NCBI RefSeq assembly: GCF_009914755.1 | Contig: NC_060928.1 | DNA: 64,000 bases | Direction: 5' to 3' (one strand) | From: the human T2T-CHM13v2.0 reference genome, Homo sapiens | Shown here: one piece after another, positions 58,149 to 64,000 of the stretch | Layout: each line of letters starts with the position of its first letter | Numbering within the stretch: the stretch's first letter is position 1 | Notes under the pieces: model-generated | What the model saw: only the letters and a program-made list of their open reading frames with translations | Databases searched by the model: none | Told to the model about the DNA's origin: nothing | Translations under genes and position numbers: made by a program

Positions 58149-60616
58149 TTATTTTGGTTGATATATGAATGCTTTTAGGTGCCAATTACTGTGTAAGTTG
58201 AATATTTCTGAGGCCGTAGCTGCTTTGGAAAGCACAATGTCTGTCTTCATTCATAATAAGAAGATTTAATAGTGTTATTCTAGTTTTTTGGGTTATGAAG
58301 AGAATATATATGAACAAAATATATCTCTAAATGCATATGGTCTGTGACAGAAGAATATATACATGTCTGTCAATAAAATAAAATATATATTTAGCAATTT
58401 CTAGGCCTGATCATAATTATTTGTGTAGTTTCTAGATTCAACGAAATGATATAATCAATGTAATGTAACCAGACTGACTCTCTCTGTTACATTTTCAGGA
58501 ATTTTAGAACATAGCGAAATGATGATTAGTGATTCAATTTATTTTCTAGAAGAAATAGATATGCCTCCTCTGTGACAGAAATTATATATGATCTTCCACT
58601 CTTGTATCAAGCCCATGCCCTCAAAAGTGCTCCAAGCATTGTTACTTTCCTGGATATCATGTTATACTATGAAAGTGTTCAGTGGGAAGTTAAGGATTCC
58701 ACATTTTTTAAAAAATTTCTTTTATTGGAGAGTCATCAGGGCCTTCCATATACAATGTACATTAGTTTTTCAAAAGGAGTATAGATATGTTTTATTTCTC
58801 AGATTTATTTGAAGTGGACTGAGTCATAGATCAAAATTGGAAAACATCGATTTAGAATGAGGAAGGATTAAATTTATCCAGAAAAAAGCAGGAATAAACC
58901 CACCATATTAAAAGGTGGGTTTATAATTTATTACAGGTGGGCCTATCTACATGTGTGTATATAGAAAATTTTATGTTAATTTAAAGCAACACTTATAGAT
59001 GAATTAACAATTAGCAAATAATAAAGCTAGTAATAGAGGAAATATATGAGAACATTTAAGTCATGTTGCAGGGAGATTTTAACAGTTAAAAGTATCTTCC
59101 TGTTTCATAGACACGCAGACTTATAAACCAGACATAAATATCTACTTAAGACAGTTCAGTCCTGTTTAGTATAAGTCATGATTATGTGATTTTAGGTCAT
59201 ACAAAGACTCAGAAAGAAAAATACCTTAATTGTACTAGCGAATAATAGTGACAGCCTATAATGATGAAACATTGTTTCTAAGGGTAAAAATACAATTTTA
59301 TGGTTACAATGGCTGTCCTCAATACATTGGTTGACATTAAATGTCAGAGTATCTAAAACTGTTCATGTCTCCAGGAGCCAGTCCTTACTGAGTTATAGTG
59401 AGAGGTATAAGAATTCCATTTGACAGAATGTCACTGATGAAATCGATCTAGAATCTTTACAAACTGCTGCTATTTTTTCTTTGCTTCCTTCAAAATTTCT
59501 GGACTTTCTACTCAGTAGATACATCCGGAAAACGATGGGACGAAATTAATGTGGGATACAGTAATACAGTGGGTAGTCAATGAGAAATAAATAAAATATT
59601 TGGGGTCTGCAAAGAAAAGAAATGACAAAAAGAAAAATAAGACCTTGTTTTATTCAGGGATGTGACACTATCAGTGTAATAGGCAGACATTTTAAATACT
59701 ATAAATGACCTAAAGTTGTTATATAATTATGGATAATTCATTAATTTGGAGGAACATATATCATGTTTTTCAGTGATTCATAGAAGAAAACATTTCCATG
59801 GTCACAAAAATCTATTTCTCAAAGAAAATATATACAGATTTCAATGGCTCAGTAAAAAGACATTCATATCCCAAGGCAGGATTTAGTGAAATTTTTACTG
59901 CTATGTGTTGAATGAAGATCTCTGTAATATTTGTCTGTGTTCAGGCTTATCAGAGGTTAAATGCTGAAGGTGCTAATGCCAAAAAAGTTATCACTTATCT
60001 GTTGTCATTTGAAGGGAAATACTTAGAGTTTCAAGTATTATTTTCTGGGAATTTCAGGATTTTCTTGGAAATCTGGCTTTTTAGAATTATAGATATGAAA
60101 AATTTGTGTGGTGGTAATTTGATCATGAGATCAACAGGAAATGACATAAAAACATTTCTAAAAGTCTTACATAACTTTGATTCATCTGGTATAAAGGTTA
60201 AATTATTTTTTGGATCTTAGAAAAAGAAAATAATTATGATTACCTTTGGCATTTATTTCAATCAACATAAAGCATTTACATTATATGACATGCTTAATTA
60301 AAAAAAACAAAAAAGTTTACATTATCCAGAAACTTTAATTTCTATTACAATTTATTTTTCGTGAAAACACTTTCTTGTTTCTTGTAGGAAAATATATTTT
60401 CTGGGATTGGAGTCACTATTTTGAGCCTTTCACAGATGTGGTTGTTTCCTACCACTAGTACACCTTCTTATAATAAACAGCCACAAAAGGCTAGATGCCA
60501 CTGGCTGTATGGACCTGAATTTTGAGTAAGAACCCTTATAGATTTCTTGAAGCCTTTGCAGGGATCAAGAATATCTACAACCACCTAAAATATGCTAATA
60601 CAGTTTGTCGCTTTGT

Positions 60617-61165
<549 letters not shown>

Positions 61166-61191
61166 AAAATGCGTTCTCTTAGTTATGCCCC

Positions 61192-63488
61192 TGTATTAGT
61201 CCATTTTCATGCTCTTGGTAAAGACATACCCAAGACTGGGCAATTTACAAAAGAAAGAGGTTTAATTGGACTTAACTGCACATGGCTGGGGAGGCCTCAC
61301 AATCATGGTAGAAGGCAAGGAAGAACAAGTCCCATCTTACATGGATGGCAGCAGGCAAAGAGAGAATGAGGAAGACGCAAATGGTTTTAATGATAAAACC
61401 ATTAGATCTCGTGAGACTTATTCACTACCATGAGAACAGTAGAGGGGAAACTGCACCCACAATTCAATTATCTTCCACTGGGTCCCTCCCACAACACGTG
61501 GGAGGTATGGGAGTACAATTCAAAATGAGATTTGGGTGGGGACACAGAGCCAAATCATATTATTTCACCCACGGCCCCTGCCAAATCTCATGTCCTCACA
61601 TTTCAAAACCTATCTTGCCGTCCCAACATCCCCCAAAGTCTCAACTCATTTCGGTGTTAACTCAAAAGTGCACAGTCCAAAATCTCATCTGAGACAAGGC
61701 AAGTCTCTTCCTCCTAGAAGCCTGTAAAATCAAAAGCAAGCTAGTTATTTCCTAGATACAATGGAGGTACAGACACTAGGTAAATACAGCCAATCCAAAT
61801 GGGAGACATTGACCAAAACAAAGGGGCTACAGGGCCCATACAAGTCCCAAATCCAGTGGGGCAATGAAATCTTAAAGCTCCAAAATGATCTCCTTTGACT
61901 CCATGTCTCATATCCAGGCCACACTGATGCAAGAGGTGGGTTCCCATGGTCTTGGACAGCTCTGCCCCTGTGGCTCTGCAGGGTACAGCCTCCCTTTTGG
62001 CTGCCATCATGGGCTGGCATTGAGTGTCTGCGGCTTTTCCAGGTGTATGGTGCAAGCTATCAGTTGTGGGTCTGGAGGACGGTGGCCCTCTTCTCACACC
62101 TCCACTAGGTGGTGCCCCAGGAGGGACTCTGTGTGGGGGCTCCAACCCCCATTTTCCTTCCACACTGCCCTAGCAGAGATTCTCCATGAGGACCCTGCCT
62201 CTGCAGCAAACTTCTGCCTGGGCATCCAGGCATTCCTATATATCTTCTGAAATCTAAGCAGAGGTTCCCAAATCCTAATTCTTGACTTCTGTGCACCCAC
62301 AGACTCAGCATCATGTGGAAGCTGCCAAGGCTAGGGGATTGTACCCTCTGAAGCCACAGCCCAGAGGCTCTACACTGGCCCCTTTCAGCCATGGCTGGAG
62401 TGGCTGGGATGCAGGACACCAAGTCCCTAGGTTGCACACATCATGGGGACCCTGGGCCCAGCCCACAAAACCACTTTTTCTTCATAGGCCTCCAGGCCTG
62501 TGATGGGAGGGGCTGCTGTGAAGACCTCTGACATGCCCTGGGGACATTTTCCCCATTGTCTTGGGGATTAACATTCAGCTCCTTGTCACTTATGTAAATT
62601 TCTGCAGCAGGGTTGAATTTCTCCTCAGAAAATGGGATTTTCATTTCTCTGAGATTGTCAGGCTGCAAATTTTCCAAACTTTTATGCTCTCTTTCCCTTT
62701 TAAAACTGAATGCCTTTAGCAGCATCAAAGTCACGTCTTGAATGCTTTGCTGCTTAGAACTTTCTTCCATGAGATACCCTAAATCATCTATCTCAAGTTC
62801 AAAGTTCCAAAAATCTCTAGGGCAGGGGCAAAATGCTGCCAGTCTCTTTGCTAAAACATAAGTCACCTTTGCTCCAGTTCCCAACAAGTTCCCCATCTTC
62901 TGAGACCACCTCAGCCTGGACCTTATTGTCCATATTGCTGTCAGGCTTTTGGTCAAAGCCATTCAACAAGTTTCTAGGAAGTTCCAAACTTTCCCACATT
63001 TTTCTCTCTTCTTCTGAGCCCTCCAGACTCTTCCAACCTCTGCCTGTTACCCAGTTCCAAAGTTGCTTCCACATTTTCGGGTATCTTTTCAGCAATGCCC
63101 CACTCTATAGGTACCAATTTACTGGAATAATCCATTTTTATGCTGCTGATAAAGACATACCGGGGACCGGGCAATTTACATAAGAAAGAGGTTAACTTGA
63201 ACTTGCCATTTGGCTGGAGAAGCCTCACAATCTTGGTGGAAGGCTAGGAGGAGCAAGTTCCATCTTACATGCATGGCAGCAGGCAAAGAGAGAATGAGGA
63301 AGATGCAAAAGCAGAAACTCCTGATAAAACTGTCAGATCTCGTCATCATACTACCACAAGAACAGTATGGGGGAAACCACACCCACGATTCAACTATCTG
63401 CCACCGGGTCCCTCCCATAACATGTGGGAATTATGGGAGTATAATTCAAAATGATATTTGGGTGGGGACACAGAGCCAAACCATATCA
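61192..63488 (-). mobile_element. full-length THE1 (THE1D-like) MaLR: LTR 61192-61562, internal, LTR 63123-63488
   Basis: agagagaatgaggaagatgcaaaagcagaa LTR signature; THE1-int; TSD gcccc/gcctc. Confidence 0.96.
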
Positions 63489-64000
63489 GCCTCCCAGGTC
63501 CCATTTACCAGTTCAATGCTTGTGATTAATTGTTCAAAATCATGGAAGAACAATATACAAATAGTTTACTTTTGATGACTAATTAGCATGCTGCCCATTA
63601 ACACATGTTCTGTGGTATAAAATGTTACTCTGATATGTGTATATCTTATTTAGTTACTGAGCTGACTCACATGGCCACCAGAGCTTTTGCTGTTGTAATG
63701 TGACTGTGAACCTACTCACTACTTGAAACAATGGGAGAGGAGCTGGGCAGAAACAGGCACTGGAAACTTCAGTAAGTGCATGAAGTCAGCCTGGGAAGTC
63801 AGGGTTGATATGGAGCTTGCTGGTAACACCAGGTGGGAAGATCATGGCCCAGTCATCCAGGGGCAGGGGCACAAAGATTAGGGCTTATCTAGAGAAGAAA
63901 GGAGTTGGGGCCACCACAGTAATAAGTAGGGGAAGAAGAAGGGTTGGCTGTCCATGGAAGGTGGACAGCAAGACAAAAGATGTTCCTGTTGGAAAAAGAG

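Noticed and set aside
59490-59585. CpG-containing stretch with an open frame (DTSGKRWDEINVGY)
   Set aside because: No convincing splice pair or recognisable protein
62441-62962. 173-aa ORF in THE1-int as a domesticated gene
   Set aside because: Ordinary frameshifted remnant of the MaLR internal ORF, also seen at 42505 and 25288

Overview
AT-rich primate (human-like) intronic or intergenic DNA, mostly transposon-derived. I find no intact host protein-coding gene and no RNA gene. It holds 12 Alus, two young L1PA fragments in inverted orientation, several old L1M/L2/MIR fragments, three THE1 MaLR insertions (two full-length, one solo LTR), MLT1 elements, LTR16, Charlie1, MER5A and microsatellites. 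The main feature missed by the ORF track is a decayed, TSD-flanked processed pseudogene of the 40S ribosome biogenesis factor LTV1 on the minus strand (about 14780-16513). It retains UTRs and a poly(A) remnant and has an internal gap of about 190 nt. Other points of interest: a non-consensus variant shared by the two inverted L1PA copies (possible gene conversion), an MLT1A0 provirus with one LTR missing but a target-site repeat kept, a fold-back-scarred Alu with a microsatellite apparently born in its TSD, and local tandem duplications. Family and parent-gene calls come from recalled consensus and protein sequences, not from a database search.
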